59,226 bases of DNA from Alphaproteobacteria bacterium (GCA_017471805.1 JAFURS010000044.1:1-59226); one strand, 5' to 3'; shown: positions 1 through 9,593, counted from the first letter of the stretch. The notes: generated by a model from the letters alone, not told the origin. Numbers and translations: made by a program.

Positions 1-69
1 ATAGGCATAACTACATTGTTTTTCTATATTCAGAATCCTCGTCCATTTACCTGAATACAAGGCTGCTCG

Positions 70-3000
70 TTATGCCCGTCCCAGATTCTTACAAAACTCA
101 CCAAGAGTCTTGGTATTTTCGCAGGGGCCCATCAGCCTGTATCCTGCACTGGAATCTTTGTTTACACTATATGACACTTTCCCACCTGATACCTGTGTGC
201 TGGAATTTGATATTACAGGCGTTGTTGAAATTGCATTTCTGGCGTTGGCGATGGTTGTTCCGTCAACACCGGCACTGATTGCCTGATTTGCTGCATTATT
301 CAGTGCTAATTCTGCACTGACCGTGTCTTTCCTTGACAGAGAATCCAACGCCAGGTTGGCGGATGTCACGCATTGTTTTGCGGCCTCTTGTTTTGCCTTT
401 TGACTGTTGTTCGACTTTTTGCTGTCTTTTTTGATTTTGCCAGTCAGACCGCTAAATACGTCGCCGCTCTGGATGCCGGCACCCAGATATGAGCCACCAA
501 CACCACCACCAACCGTCCCCAGGACCGTTATCCAATCCTGCATATCACCATATCTTTCCTTGCGTTCGGCACGGGCTTCCTTGGCGACTTTGTTTGCAAG
601 GGTTTCTAGTTCTGATGTTGGTATCCAAGAACCACACGTAAATGTGTCGCCCGCCGCAAAGTATGCTGTTGACCAATCCGCACCGTCAAGCAGGGCCTGG
701 TTTATTTCACGGTCGTCAGACTGTAATGTCACACGAACACGACAGAATGAACCATACAAATCATTACTGGCCACGAATTGGTTTGGTTTCAGACCCGCAA
801 CTGAATAATTTGCAGGAACACGACCGCCACGCAGTTTTGCCCACAAGAACGTTGAACCCATATCGTTTTTGCCAATAATGCCACCATTGTTGTATGACAT
901 ACACATATTTTGCTGTTTGGTTATTTTGGCGTTATATTTAGCCTGGGCCTCTATCTCTAAATCATAAATCAGGTCTTTGAACAGGGTGTTCGCCGCCTGG
1001 GTTTCAACATAGGTCGTGAACGACATCATAACTGGTGTTTCAAATGTGCCACACGATGCGTCCGTGCTGGCCGTGTAGCATATACCCTGGTTGCCACATT
1101 TATCAGAACATAATTTATTGCCGTTTTCGTCGGTGGCCTGGACTTCTTGGGTGGTGCCGGTCATTTTTGATGTTGCACCTGCGTCAATCCATTCAGAACG
1201 GACCGAACCCGTTGTACCCCAACCGGTGTTGCGGCTGTTGTCGATTTTGTATTTGTTTGCCTCTATCGCCAGGTGTTCAGAGCATACATCGGCATTTTTA
1301 ACCGTGTCGATACACAATCCCAATACAATTGTGTAATCCAGAACCCCACCAACCTTGTTCATAGATTTATCAAATTCGTCGTCATCACTGTTTGTTAATG
1401 ACGAATAAATGTCTGTGCGGTTGCGATAGCAATTTACAAAATCCGAACCACAATTCGCACGAACACAAGATGTCGCAACAGACTGGCACTGTTTTTTCAT
1501 TTGCGCCAGGGCCGCATCACTGTAATTATTCGCCAATGCAGAATTTAACGACGCAATTACACCAATTGGATCGGCATTTGTTGTGATATCGTATTCAGGG
1601 AACAACGTGTCAAATGCATCCGCCTGGATAAATGAATAATTATATGTGCCGGTTTCATTTGGATTCTGGGCCGCATATTTACAATTTGCATCGGTGTTAA
1701 CAATCGCCTGGCATCCGGTTTTGATTTCATTACGGCTGTATTCGTTGTTGATAGATTTATCGGTATCGCCAAAAACCTGGGCATAGCAGGCCGCACCAGA
1801 ACCGCCACCACATACACGCATTGCACACGATTTAATCGTTTCAATACATTTTTCTTTGGCACGGGTGTCAAATTTATTGACCAGGTCGGTAATTTTTGCC
1901 TTCATCCCGGAATTATAACGGGCGCCATATGCCAGGTCATATATTTCTTCCTGGTTATCTTCGTCACGCAATTGGGATGATGTCGGCATTTGGCCGTCGC
2001 CAATAAATGTTGCATAACAATATTTATTTGAACCAATTGTGTCCTGGCAAGAATTTTTGATGTATGCCGAAACGTCCGACTTGCTGATAACCTGGGTCAC
2101 GTCAACGTTTGTTGCAACATCGGCCCCATTGTTAATCGCATCAACCAATTCAACCGTTTCAGCCGTCGAATTTTCATAGCACTTGTATGGATTTGCCGTG
2201 CAGGCATTTAATATACACTGGTCAACAACCTTGTAACAGGTAGACACCGCATTAACAGCCGCCAGGGCCGCACCTTCGGCAATCATTTCGCCAATACGAC
2301 TGGACGCAGATGGCGTCGCCGTCATAGATGCCGTGCCAAATAATTCGAGCAAACCATCCCCTTGGCAACGGGCCAGGGTCGAATCACAAAATACACGTTG
2401 TTTCTTGAACTCGCTATTAGTGGTGCATAATTCAAAGTCATTGCCACAAACACTGTCTTTGCGCAGACAAGACGAATAACGACGAACACAAGCCGATGTG
2501 TCATATTTATTTTCAATCGCCGCCGCAGATATCATTTGTCCCAAAACACTGCCATCAGTTGGGTATGTGTATTCAGTTATTTCGCCATAGGTGTTTTTTG
2601 TCGCAACCGTATTCAGGGCCGAAATATTCGATGTACCAAACAGACTGTTCACACCCGACGATGAACACTGGGCCAAGGTGGATAAACACTGGGGCATTTT
2701 GCCGTGGAATAAAACCTTGGTCGTGCATTCTTCGAGACCAGAACCACAGGCGTCGCCACCCTTGATACACTGGGTATATGCGTCGATACATTCAGCATTT
2801 GCCAACAACGTTGACGTCGTCGTCGATGAACCGCCCGTTGTGGTCGTCGAACCAGTTGCGCCAGTAATGAACGCAGTCATCGTCGGCATACGACGGGCCG
2901 TCGATGAATTTATCACACTGGGACGTGCCGTGACCGCATACGCCGCAGGTATTACGCTGAATAACGCCAATAAACTTACCGTGTTTTTGAGAAATGACAT
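70..3000 (-). CDS. Cysteine-rich secreted/surface protein of unknown function (976 aa)
   Basis: It is the dominant ORF here and has a signal peptide (MSFLKNTVSLLALFSVIPAAYA) followed by a Thr/Ser-rich linker. There are at least 5 copies of a C-x6-C-x4/6-C-x6/7-C module (ECIDAYTQCIKGGDACGSGLEEC, ACVRRYSSCLRKDSVCGNDFELC, TCYKVVDQCILNACTANPYKC, KCIETIKSCAMRVCGGGSGAAC, QCQSVATSCVRANCGSDFVNC). A Gly-rich hydrophobic segment (WITVLGTVGGGVGGSYLGAGI) lies near the C-terminus. A GGAG RBS precedes the start. Confidence 0.6.
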   Translation of the reverse strand: MSFLKNTVSLLALFSVIPAAYAVTARPSVINSSTARRMPTMTAFITGATGSTTTTGGSSTTTSTLLANAECIDAYTQCIKGGDACGSGLEECTTKVLFHGKMPQCLSTLAQCSSSGVNSLFGTSNISALNTVATKNTYGEITEYTYPTDGSVLGQMISAAAIENKYDTSACVRRYSSCLRKDSVCGNDFELCTTNSEFKKQRVFCDSTLARCQGDGLLELFGTASMTATPSASSRIGEMIAEGAALAAVNAVSTCYKVVDQCILNACTANPYKCYENSTAETVELVDAINNGADVATNVDVTQVISKSDVSAYIKNSCQDTIGSNKYCYATFIGDGQMPTSSQLRDEDNQEEIYDLAYGARYNSGMKAKITDLVNKFDTRAKEKCIETIKSCAMRVCGGGSGAACYAQVFGDTDKSINNEYSRNEIKTGCQAIVNTDANCKYAAQNPNETGTYNYSFIQADAFDTLFPEYDITTNADPIGVIASLNSALANNYSDAALAQMKKQCQSVATSCVRANCGSDFVNCYRNRTDIYSSLTNSDDDEFDKSMNKVGGVLDYTIVLGLCIDTVKNADVCSEHLAIEANKYKIDNSRNTGWGTTGSVRSEWIDAGATSKMTGTTQEVQATDENGNKLCSDKCGNQGICYTASTDASCGTFETPVMMSFTTYVETQAANTLFKDLIYDLEIEAQAKYNAKITKQQNMCMSYNNGGIIGKNDMGSTFLWAKLRGGRVPANYSVAGLKPNQFVASNDLYGSFCRVRVTLQSDDREINQALLDGADWSTAYFAAGDTFTCGSWIPTSELETLANKVAKEARAERKERYGDMQDWITVLGTVGGGVGGSYLGAGIQSGDVFSGLTGKIKKDSKKSNNSQKAKQEAAKQCVTSANLALDSLSRKDTVSAELALNNAANQAISAGVDGTTIANARNAISTTPVISNSSTQVSGGKVSYSVNKDSSAGYRLMGPCENTKTLGEFCKNLGRA

Positions 3001-3025
3001 CCCCTTACTCCATATTTTTTATCTT

Positions 3026-3054
3026 ATTATAACATAATTTTTCCAAGGCGTAAA
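3026..3054 (-). promoter_or_regulatory. Sigma70-like promoter of the Cys-rich protein gene
   Basis: The minus strand reads TTTACG, a 17-nt spacer, then TATAAT, about 25 nt upstream of the GGAG RBS and ATG at 3000. Confidence 0.4.
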
Positions 3055-3162
3055 GAGCAAAGAGATATGATTTTTTTTGAATAAATTTCCACTACCCCGT
3101 CTGCTTCGCATCCACCCCTTCGCCAGCGAAGGGGAATACCTCCCTGGGCAGGACGAATAGAC

Positions 3163-4122
3163 TTAAATGGATTCAAGGATACATTTCAGTTCTTGCATAT
3201 CGTCGGGCAGGCGGGTCTTGAAACGCATTTGTTCGCCAGTTATCGGATGCGCAAATTCCAGAACTTCGGCGTGAAGCATCTGGCCGTTGTGTTCACGCAA
3301 AAATTCTAGTAAATCCGTATCACGAACCGTCCCCAGACGGGTCGCACCACGACCATAAAGCGGGTCACACAATACTGGGAATCCGTGCGCCGATAAATGC
3401 AGGCGTATCTGGTGCGTGCGACCAGTGAACAATGTGCAACGCATCTGGGACACCTTGGCACGGGGCCAGGCGTTTATAACCGCAACCTCGGTATGGGATG
3501 GTTTGCCACCTGTTTTTACCATTGCCATTTTCTGACGGTTGCGTGATGAACGGGCAATGTTGCCGGTGATGTCGGCAACCTCCCAATTAGGTAATCCCCA
3601 GGTAAAGGCAATGTATTTTCGGGTCAAATCGTGTTCTGAAAATGTTTTTACCAGCGCACGAAACGCAGCGTCTGATTTCGCAAAAACCATTACACCGCTG
3701 GTGTCTTTGTCCAGACGATGAACAACCCCAGGACGGGTCACACCGCCCAGTGCCGATAAATGCGTGTGCGCCAAGATGTTTTGAACCAAGGTGCCTGTCT
3801 TGTTCCCAGCAGACGGATACATAACAACACCACGGGGTTTGTTTATAACAATTATGTCGTCGTCTTCGAATAAAATATCTAGGTCAAAATCAGATGATAT
3901 GTTTTCGGTCGCAACATCTGTTGTTGGGGTTGGTATTTCAACCGAAAAACCATCGCCGTGACGGATTTTCTCGGAAAATTTTACAGAGGTGCCATCAAGA
4001 CGTTGAACGGGAAATCGCTGAATCTCGCTGCGTGAAAATTCAGGCATTTTGCTAGATAAAAATTTATCAAGGCGGGTTATCTCGTCGTTTTCAGATACAA
4101 TAAATTCACGAATTTCAACCAT
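3163..4122 (-). CDS. rluD: RluA-family 23S rRNA pseudouridine synthase (RluD-like) with N-terminal S4 domain
   Basis: It has the catalytic motif HRLDKDTSGVMVFAKS and the conserved HQIRLHL. The 319 aa length fits the family. Confidence 0.85.
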   Translation of the reverse strand: MVEIREFIVSENDEITRLDKFLSSKMPEFSRSEIQRFPVQRLDGTSVKFSEKIRHGDGFSVEIPTPTTDVATENISSDFDLDILFEDDDIIVINKPRGVVMYPSAGNKTGTLVQNILAHTHLSALGGVTRPGVVHRLDKDTSGVMVFAKSDAAFRALVKTFSEHDLTRKYIAFTWGLPNWEVADITGNIARSSRNRQKMAMVKTGGKPSHTEVAVINAWPRAKVSQMRCTLFTGRTHQIRLHLSAHGFPVLCDPLYGRGATRLGTVRDTDLLEFLREHNGQMLHAEVLEFAHPITGEQMRFKTRLPDDMQELKCILESI

Positions 4123-4131
4123 TATAAAAAC

Positions 4132-4590
4132 CTATTTATATTCATCCCAATCAGGTCCAACATCACAATCCGACAGGTCAATCGTTAATTCACGACCGTC
4201 ATCCGACACAGGACACGTTAAAATGCCAGTCGTTGTTGCCTGGTCTGCGTCACGGGTGGCGTTGCGATACGCAAACTTGATTTCAGTCGGCGCCGCAACA
4301 CACGCAATGTGTAAATCATTATCAGTCGTGCCATCGGGACCAACCCAAACACGAACACCATAGCCCAATCCATAACACGGAAAACCGTCCAGATAATATA
4401 AAACCAGGCCACGACCAACTAATTTTTTATCAGAAATAAATTTTCCATTATATTCATTCAACGTCAGGCCAGTCACAGCCTGCCAGTCGGTGCTGGTAGA
4501 AAAGATGCTGATTCTGGGGGACGGGGCGTCCGCCGCATTCCCAGACGACACGGCAAGCGTTAAAAAAATTAAAGCAATCAGTTTTTTCAT
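4132..4590 (-). CDS. Small secreted protein, unknown function (152 aa)
   Basis: It has a Sec signal peptide (MKKLIALIFLTLAVSSGNA|AD) and four Cys. Its start overlaps the upstream gene's stop by 4 nt (4587-4590). It is the last gene of the prepilin-like operon. Confidence 0.6.
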   Translation of the reverse strand: MKKLIALIFLTLAVSSGNAADAPSPRISIFSTSTDWQAVTGLTLNEYNGKFISDKKLVGRGLVLYYLDGFPCYGLGYGVRVWVGPDGTTDNDLHIACVAAPTEIKFAYRNATRDADQATTTGILTCPVSDDGRELTIDLSDCDVGPDWDEYK

Positions 4591-5120
4591 TCTTGGTCCC
4601 CCTGGGGCAGTTGTAATTCAGACAAGTGTGCAGAAATCTTTTTTACACCCGCCGGTTGCGCCGATAGCATATGCGAAAAATTAACACTGGCCCCGGAATC
4701 CAACAATGTAGCAGATGGTAAAAACTTCTGCTGAGCCAACACACGACCGTCTTGGTCGGTGGACACAATTATCAGGTCGGGAACCCCATAAATCTCGTCC
4801 GAGATGTTCGTCACAGAACCAGATACAACCAAGTGCTGAACACCCGCTTCGTCAGTTATCGTTTCAACCCCAGATACAGATGCAACCAATGGACCACGAC
4901 TGACCGTCTTTGCCTGGTGGTGGGTGATGACCGCAACCGTAAATATTAGCGCAGACAGCAATGCACAAAGAGATGCAAAAAACATCAGCCACGAATTTTT
5001 ACGTGGTGGCGCAGATACAACCCAAGTGTTGCCACAAACAGCACACTTAACCGCAGAATTTGGACGTTCGTCCAGTGTATATTCTGTTTCACAAAAATCA
5101 CATTTTATTTTCATATTCAC
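4587..5120 (-). CDS. MJ0042-type zinc-ribbon membrane protein with DUF3426-like C-terminal domain
   Basis: The N-terminus CDFCETEY...CAVCGNTW is a CxxC...CxxC zinc ribbon. One TM helix (WLMFFASLCALLSALIFTVAVI) is followed by a beta-rich periplasmic domain resembling DUF3426. Confidence 0.65.
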   Translation of the reverse strand: MNMKIKCDFCETEYTLDERPNSAVKCAVCGNTWVVSAPPRKNSWLMFFASLCALLSALIFTVAVITHHQAKTVSRGPLVASVSGVETITDEAGVQHLVVSGSVTNISDEIYGVPDLIIVSTDQDGRVLAQQKFLPSATLLDSGASVNFSHMLSAQPAGVKKISAHLSELQLPQGDQE

Positions 5121-5134
5121 ACTTATACCATATT

Positions 5135-6451
5135 TTATTCTAAATTCAACAGCCGATATTTTTCCGATACACGGGTCTGAATTTCACGTATTGCGTTCAT
5201 ATAGTCCGCAACCGTGGCGTTCTTGTTCGCAGATACAGAACCAAATATCTGGCCGGAAATTGTTGATTTGTCGCCTTCGCTTATCATCGCAAGGGTCGCC
5301 ATACGATTTAACTCGACAAACGATGCGTCAACAAAATTTGCACGGCTTGATGACGCATCCCAATAATAGTCGGCGTTCACAGAATCTTCGATACGGTCAT
5401 ATACAACCAGACGTGGGGTCATAGAACCTGTAAATCCAACAGAAACAAACATTGCGTCAATTCGGCCCGCCGTTATATCAAGTGCCTGGTTGATTTTTAA
5501 TAGCGCAAGGTCGTCTTTGGCACTGACCGACAGGCCGCCCAGCGTCAAATTCGAAACCCATAAATTCTTGGCCGTCAGGGACGACATTTTTCCTAAATCT
5601 AATAGAGTTAACTGGCCCGACACTTCTAGATTCTTGGCATCAGACGACAACATACCCGCAACAGTTGCAGATGTAGCAGTAAAGCCGTTGCTGATTGCAG
5701 GTCGGTTTGTAAATATCATATCTGTGGATACAGATTCCTTGACCGACAGGCCGTCTGTAAATTCGGCATAGTCCGAATTAAAATACTTTACATTAACCAG
5801 GTCGTGACCACCCAGATTTAGCGCAGACATCATTTTCGCATCGTCTGGATTGTTTGACGGAACACGCCATAAATATAATGCACTGTCACGATTTACAGCC
5901 GTCGTTTCTATAATCGCATTATCCAGGTCAACCCCCATATCAACCGTGTCTGTGTGCCAGGCCCCAAATGTCCCATAGGCGTGCGTGCCGTCAACAAAGC
6001 CCATTGTGCCACCTGATAAATTTACAATTTCACGTGTTCGAAGTGGTGTTATATCTTCGGATGCACGGACAACAACCCCTTGCAAGGTTGATGCGCCGGT
6101 CGAATCCGCAGACTTTAAAATACGCAGTTGATATTTTTCATCGCCCTGGGATAAAACAGATTCAGGCACACCGTATTCAGCCAAGTCTGATAAACTTACA
6201 CGGGTTATGTTGCGACCAACGGTTCGTAATAACTCGGGCCGGTTCGCAATTATATAACGTTCCAGTGCAACCTGAATTTCGGTCATCTGGTTGGCAATTG
6301 CAATATTCTGGGCCCGTATAACCGCCGCCTGTTGATAGCGGAATACATATGGTATTATCAGTGCCGCCAGCGCAACACTTAACAATAACTCAACCAGCAT
6401 ACTGCCGGATGTTGAATTTTTATTTGCAAAGATTTTTGTTCGATTCTTCAA
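5135..6451 (-). CDS. Giant prepilin-like protein (438 aa), class III signal peptide
   Basis: The N-terminus is MKNRTKIFANKNSTSG|SMLVELLLSVALAALIIPYVF, with Glu at +5 after the Gly and a roughly 20-residue hydrophobic helix. It shares its leader and N-terminal half with ORF 6471-7703. Confidence 0.65.
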   Translation of the reverse strand: MKNRTKIFANKNSTSGSMLVELLLSVALAALIIPYVFRYQQAAVIRAQNIAIANQMTEIQVALERYIIANRPELLRTVGRNITRVSLSDLAEYGVPESVLSQGDEKYQLRILKSADSTGASTLQGVVVRASEDITPLRTREIVNLSGGTMGFVDGTHAYGTFGAWHTDTVDMGVDLDNAIIETTAVNRDSALYLWRVPSNNPDDAKMMSALNLGGHDLVNVKYFNSDYAEFTDGLSVKESVSTDMIFTNRPAISNGFTATSATVAGMLSSDAKNLEVSGQLTLLDLGKMSSLTAKNLWVSNLTLGGLSVSAKDDLALLKINQALDITAGRIDAMFVSVGFTGSMTPRLVVYDRIEDSVNADYYWDASSSRANFVDASFVELNRMATLAMISEGDKSTISGQIFGSVSANKNATVADYMNAIREIQTRVSEKYRLLNLE

Positions 6452-6470
6452 GCCCCGATCCTGTATTGTT

Positions 6471-7703
6471 TTATTGCGGCAAAACCGATTGGATTGTATT
6501 TGGTGCCGATATTGTTTCTTGCCAGCCGGAACGCATTAGTGGACCAAACGCATTGCGTGATGGCATTGACGGTGTTTCGGCACGTGATAATGTGAACTTG
6601 GAAAACTGGGGCGGCTTGGTCGATGGAAATACCCATTTGCCTATCTTGATAGGCGACGTGGTTGACATTAACAATTCCCCAGATACGGTTAATCCAAAAT
6701 TTTCATAGAATATCATTTCTTCGGCAGATATAAATGGCGCAATCACAGAATTTACAGCCACACCTGTAAAACCACTGATTGTGTTTGATGTGTCAGATTT
6801 CAAAACCAGATTATTACCAATGTTTATTTTATCTGTTATTGAAACACGGTCCGATATAACACGCCCAAATGTCGTAAATTTATTGCCGTCGTTTATACGG
6901 GCAGAACGGACATTTCGGAACCCAGACATATCGCCCGATACACGCAAATCACCAAAGGCCACATCCTGGCCGTCGATGTTCGCCCCAGATGAAAAATAAA
7001 TCGTATCTGAAAATACATCATCTGCTGTGACAAAGGTTGTGTTCGCATTTTTTATTCGGGCAGAATCTGCAAATATTGTCGCAACGTTATATATATGATG
7101 ATGCGCCATATCCAGGTCACGTTGCATTACGTTTAAGCCATCTTCGCCGGATGTTCCACGATGCAGATATTTAGATGTGTCTTCACCAGAAACATCACGT
7201 GATATACGATATATTAAATCGCCCGAGATAAAATCAGGCGCAGATACCGCCCAGGTATTACCATACGCAACTGAATCATCGCCAACAACCGCCGCATCAC
7301 CACCAATATGACGGGCAATCTTGTTCGCATTTATTTGCGATTTAGACAATTCAAACGCCAGATAAACATCAGTCACAAACGCACCATTTACAGCATACTT
7401 ATCAACAAAACCAGCGGCGGCATCAGGACTGATTGTAGCAAGTTCTGTTTCATCAAGTTTAATCTGGGCAACATCAGGCCACTTGTCCTGATTCATACGA
7501 ATAAAATTCAATACATCATCACGGACAGACATTATATGACGGGCCGTTGTTATATCTGATATCGTCTGATTCGTTAGTGAAATTTGATTATAGACAAACG
7601 GGGCGGCAACCGCAATGATTGCCATCGCCAGTAAAACCTCTAGGATACTGGCACCAGATGAATTGTTATTAAAAATCTTGGACCTAGATACAGTCACTGC
7701 CAC
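6471..7703 (-). CDS. Giant prepilin-like protein (410 aa), class III signal peptide
   Basis: The N-terminus is MAVTVSRSKIFNNNSSG|ASILEVLLAMAIIAVAAPFVYN, with Glu at +5. It contains the shared internal motif YLHRGTSGEDGLNVMQRDLDMAHHHIYNV. Confidence 0.65.
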   Translation of the reverse strand: MAVTVSRSKIFNNNSSGASILEVLLAMAIIAVAAPFVYNQISLTNQTISDITTARHIMSVRDDVLNFIRMNQDKWPDVAQIKLDETELATISPDAAAGFVDKYAVNGAFVTDVYLAFELSKSQINANKIARHIGGDAAVVGDDSVAYGNTWAVSAPDFISGDLIYRISRDVSGEDTSKYLHRGTSGEDGLNVMQRDLDMAHHHIYNVATIFADSARIKNANTTFVTADDVFSDTIYFSSGANIDGQDVAFGDLRVSGDMSGFRNVRSARINDGNKFTTFGRVISDRVSITDKINIGNNLVLKSDTSNTISGFTGVAVNSVIAPFISAEEMIFYENFGLTVSGELLMSTTSPIKIGKWVFPSTKPPQFSKFTLSRAETPSMPSRNAFGPLMRSGWQETISAPNTIQSVLPQ

Positions 7704-9039
7704 CTGCCATTAAACATTGTTTTATATTTATTCGTTTTTCCAGACGCTGCCAATATACATACTGGCATATCAAATATTGCGACAAGGATTGTTTGTTATA
7801 TGCGCCATCATATTTTTTTATTATCGTTTCACACGGTGTTGTTTTAGCATCGTCGGATGACGGCGATTCCAGAATAGAAAATGAATCATTATTTATTCCA
7901 TCCAGCCATATGTCCGGCAACAATGTTGTGCCACCTGGACGTATATCAAGAATTACCGCACCCGAACGCCCCGAACTTAACGCATTAGACGTCTGGTCAC
8001 GAACAGTAATATTTGATGTATAGATTGTTCCAACCTCTATCCCTGATTTTGCACTGTAATCCAGACTTTCGCCGTCGATAAATACGTCCTGGCCACGGGT
8101 GACATTTATAAACGACGACACATCAAGACGCTCAACACTGAAATTTATATGATCAGACACAACATTACCGTGAACAAGCCAATTGCCCGGTCCTGCAAAT
8201 GCGGTATGCCCCGCCGTCATAGATATTTCATACAACGAAACATCGTCGGCGGTAAAATTCCCAGTATCACCAAACGTTGATATCGTGCGAACATTTGCAT
8301 TACCCGTGCGCAACGTGCCACGTGTCAAAGACAAGGCGGATTCGCCATCCCTGCTTTGGAACACTGCCTTGGTCGCAGACATCTTTTTTATTTCATTGCG
8401 GGCATTTTTGCCGGATTCAATACCGGAAATTGTCAAAGTATCAAACTGGGCCGAATTAAATTCGCCACGAACTGCAAACAAATTACCAACACCATTCAAA
8501 CTAAATTTCCCCATATCCAGGTCTGATAAAAAACCACTGTTTTCAAGATTCGGTTCATTGCGACGAACGACGTCTGAATAAATGTCGGTCAATTCAATAC
8601 CAACACGGACATTTTCATCAACTGTATTTGCATAAAAACCAATACGACGAGCCAATTCGGAACGGGCCAATTCAGATAAATCGCCGCCGGTCAATTCCAG
8701 ATACGCAGACACAGACATTGGTGTTTTATGAATAACAAGTGATATATCCTGGCCCAGGGCGGTGCGTGGCACAAACCCCAGCGGCAAACCATATGGTTCA
8801 AGCAAATCAGAAAAATCATCCCCAGACACAATAGTTGTATCATATGGTATGTCACGGGCATTTTCACGAATAAATATACGGGCCGCCGTTTGCGCAACAT
8901 CAACCTGGCGGGTGGCGGAATACATTCGGGCATCAGTTTCACGCCCAACAATATTGCGGGTTAAAAACGGTATAAACGCAAAAATCAACCCCAGGGCCAG
9001 CAAGGCTTGAAGTAAAAAATTTCCACGTTCTGAATACAA
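7684..9039 (-). CDS. Giant prepilin-like protein (451 aa), Gln at +5 (cap/minor-pilin-like)
   Basis: The N-terminus is MYSERG|NFLLQALLALGLIFAFIPFL. It contains the shared internal motif VVRRNEPNLENSGFLSDLDMGKFSLNGVGN and has Cys residues near the C-terminus. It overlaps the next gene by 20 nt. Confidence 0.6.
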   Translation of the reverse strand: MYSERGNFLLQALLALGLIFAFIPFLTRNIVGRETDARMYSATRQVDVAQTAARIFIRENARDIPYDTTIVSGDDFSDLLEPYGLPLGFVPRTALGQDISLVIHKTPMSVSAYLELTGGDLSELARSELARRIGFYANTVDENVRVGIELTDIYSDVVRRNEPNLENSGFLSDLDMGKFSLNGVGNLFAVRGEFNSAQFDTLTISGIESGKNARNEIKKMSATKAVFQSRDGESALSLTRGTLRTGNANVRTISTFGDTGNFTADDVSLYEISMTAGHTAFAGPGNWLVHGNVVSDHINFSVERLDVSSFINVTRGQDVFIDGESLDYSAKSGIEVGTIYTSNITVRDQTSNALSSGRSGAVILDIRPGGTTLLPDIWLDGINNDSFSILESPSSDDAKTTPCETIIKKYDGAYNKQSLSQYLICQYVYWQRLEKRINIKQCLMAGGSDCI

Positions 9040-9182
9040 GGTTCTACCCTCCTACCTGTTCAAGAATAGCAACAGAAAAAAATTATTGCAATCAGTTTTA
9101 AGTTGTTTTAATATTAACAGCGTTAAGCATAACAACAATAGTAGTTGTTATTAAGATTATTTCCTGTTGAAAAAGAAAAGAT

Positions 9183-9506
9183 ATGCAAAATAAAAAAAAC
9201 CAATCCAACGTCGGACAGATGATACAGCGGTGCCATAAATGGCGTCAAAAAAGAAAACAATATATCGATCAGGCACGTCAAACCGCCGATGAAATCGAAC
9301 GTGAACGTCTGTTGCAGACTGCAGAACACTATGGACGTATGGTTAATGCCGAACAAGGCAAGATAGATTTAACACGTGACCCAAAAGATAAAAGCGCAGC
9401 CGCAGAAATTGAAAACGCCACACAGGCCGATCAAGGCGCAGAAAACCCAGATTCACAAGATGACGAAGAACCTGGATTTCCAGACTTTATTACAAATCTG
9501 AAATAA
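9183..9506 (+). CDS. DUF4167-like small basic/acidic protein
   Basis: The motif YIDQARQTADEIERERLLQTAEHYGRM resembles the conserved alphaproteobacterial DUF4167 core (...AEHYFR...). A hairpin terminator follows. Confidence 0.55.
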   Translation: MQNKKNQSNVGQMIQRCHKWRQKRKQYIDQARQTADEIERERLLQTAEHYGRMVNAEQGKIDLTRDPKDKSAAAEIENATQADQGAENPDSQDDEEPGFPDFITNLK

Positions 9507-9513
9507 TTTGTTC

Positions 9514-9540
9514 AAACGCACCAATCGGTGCGTTTTATTT
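9514..9540 (+). terminator. Intrinsic terminator
   Basis: The stem ACGCACC / loop AATC / stem GGTGCGT is followed by a T-tract. Confidence 0.6.
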
Positions 9541-9593
9541 GTTGAAATTCAGTCTTGTTTTGCTATGCTGAGTCTAAAAGGAAGTTCAGCATT

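Noticed and set aside
3115-3134. The 9-bp GC hairpin (CCCCTTCGC/GCGAAGGGG) between rluD and the Cys-rich gene could be an intrinsic terminator.
   Set aside because: No T-tract follows it on the minus (coding) strand. It may still be a processing or REP-like element, but I cannot support a terminator call.
9098-9126. TTAA...TTAA pairs in the divergent promoter region between the prepilin operon and the DUF4167 gene could be CtrA boxes.
   Set aside because: The spacings are N6 and N5, not the N7 of the CtrA consensus. In AT-rich intergenic DNA such pairs are expected by chance.
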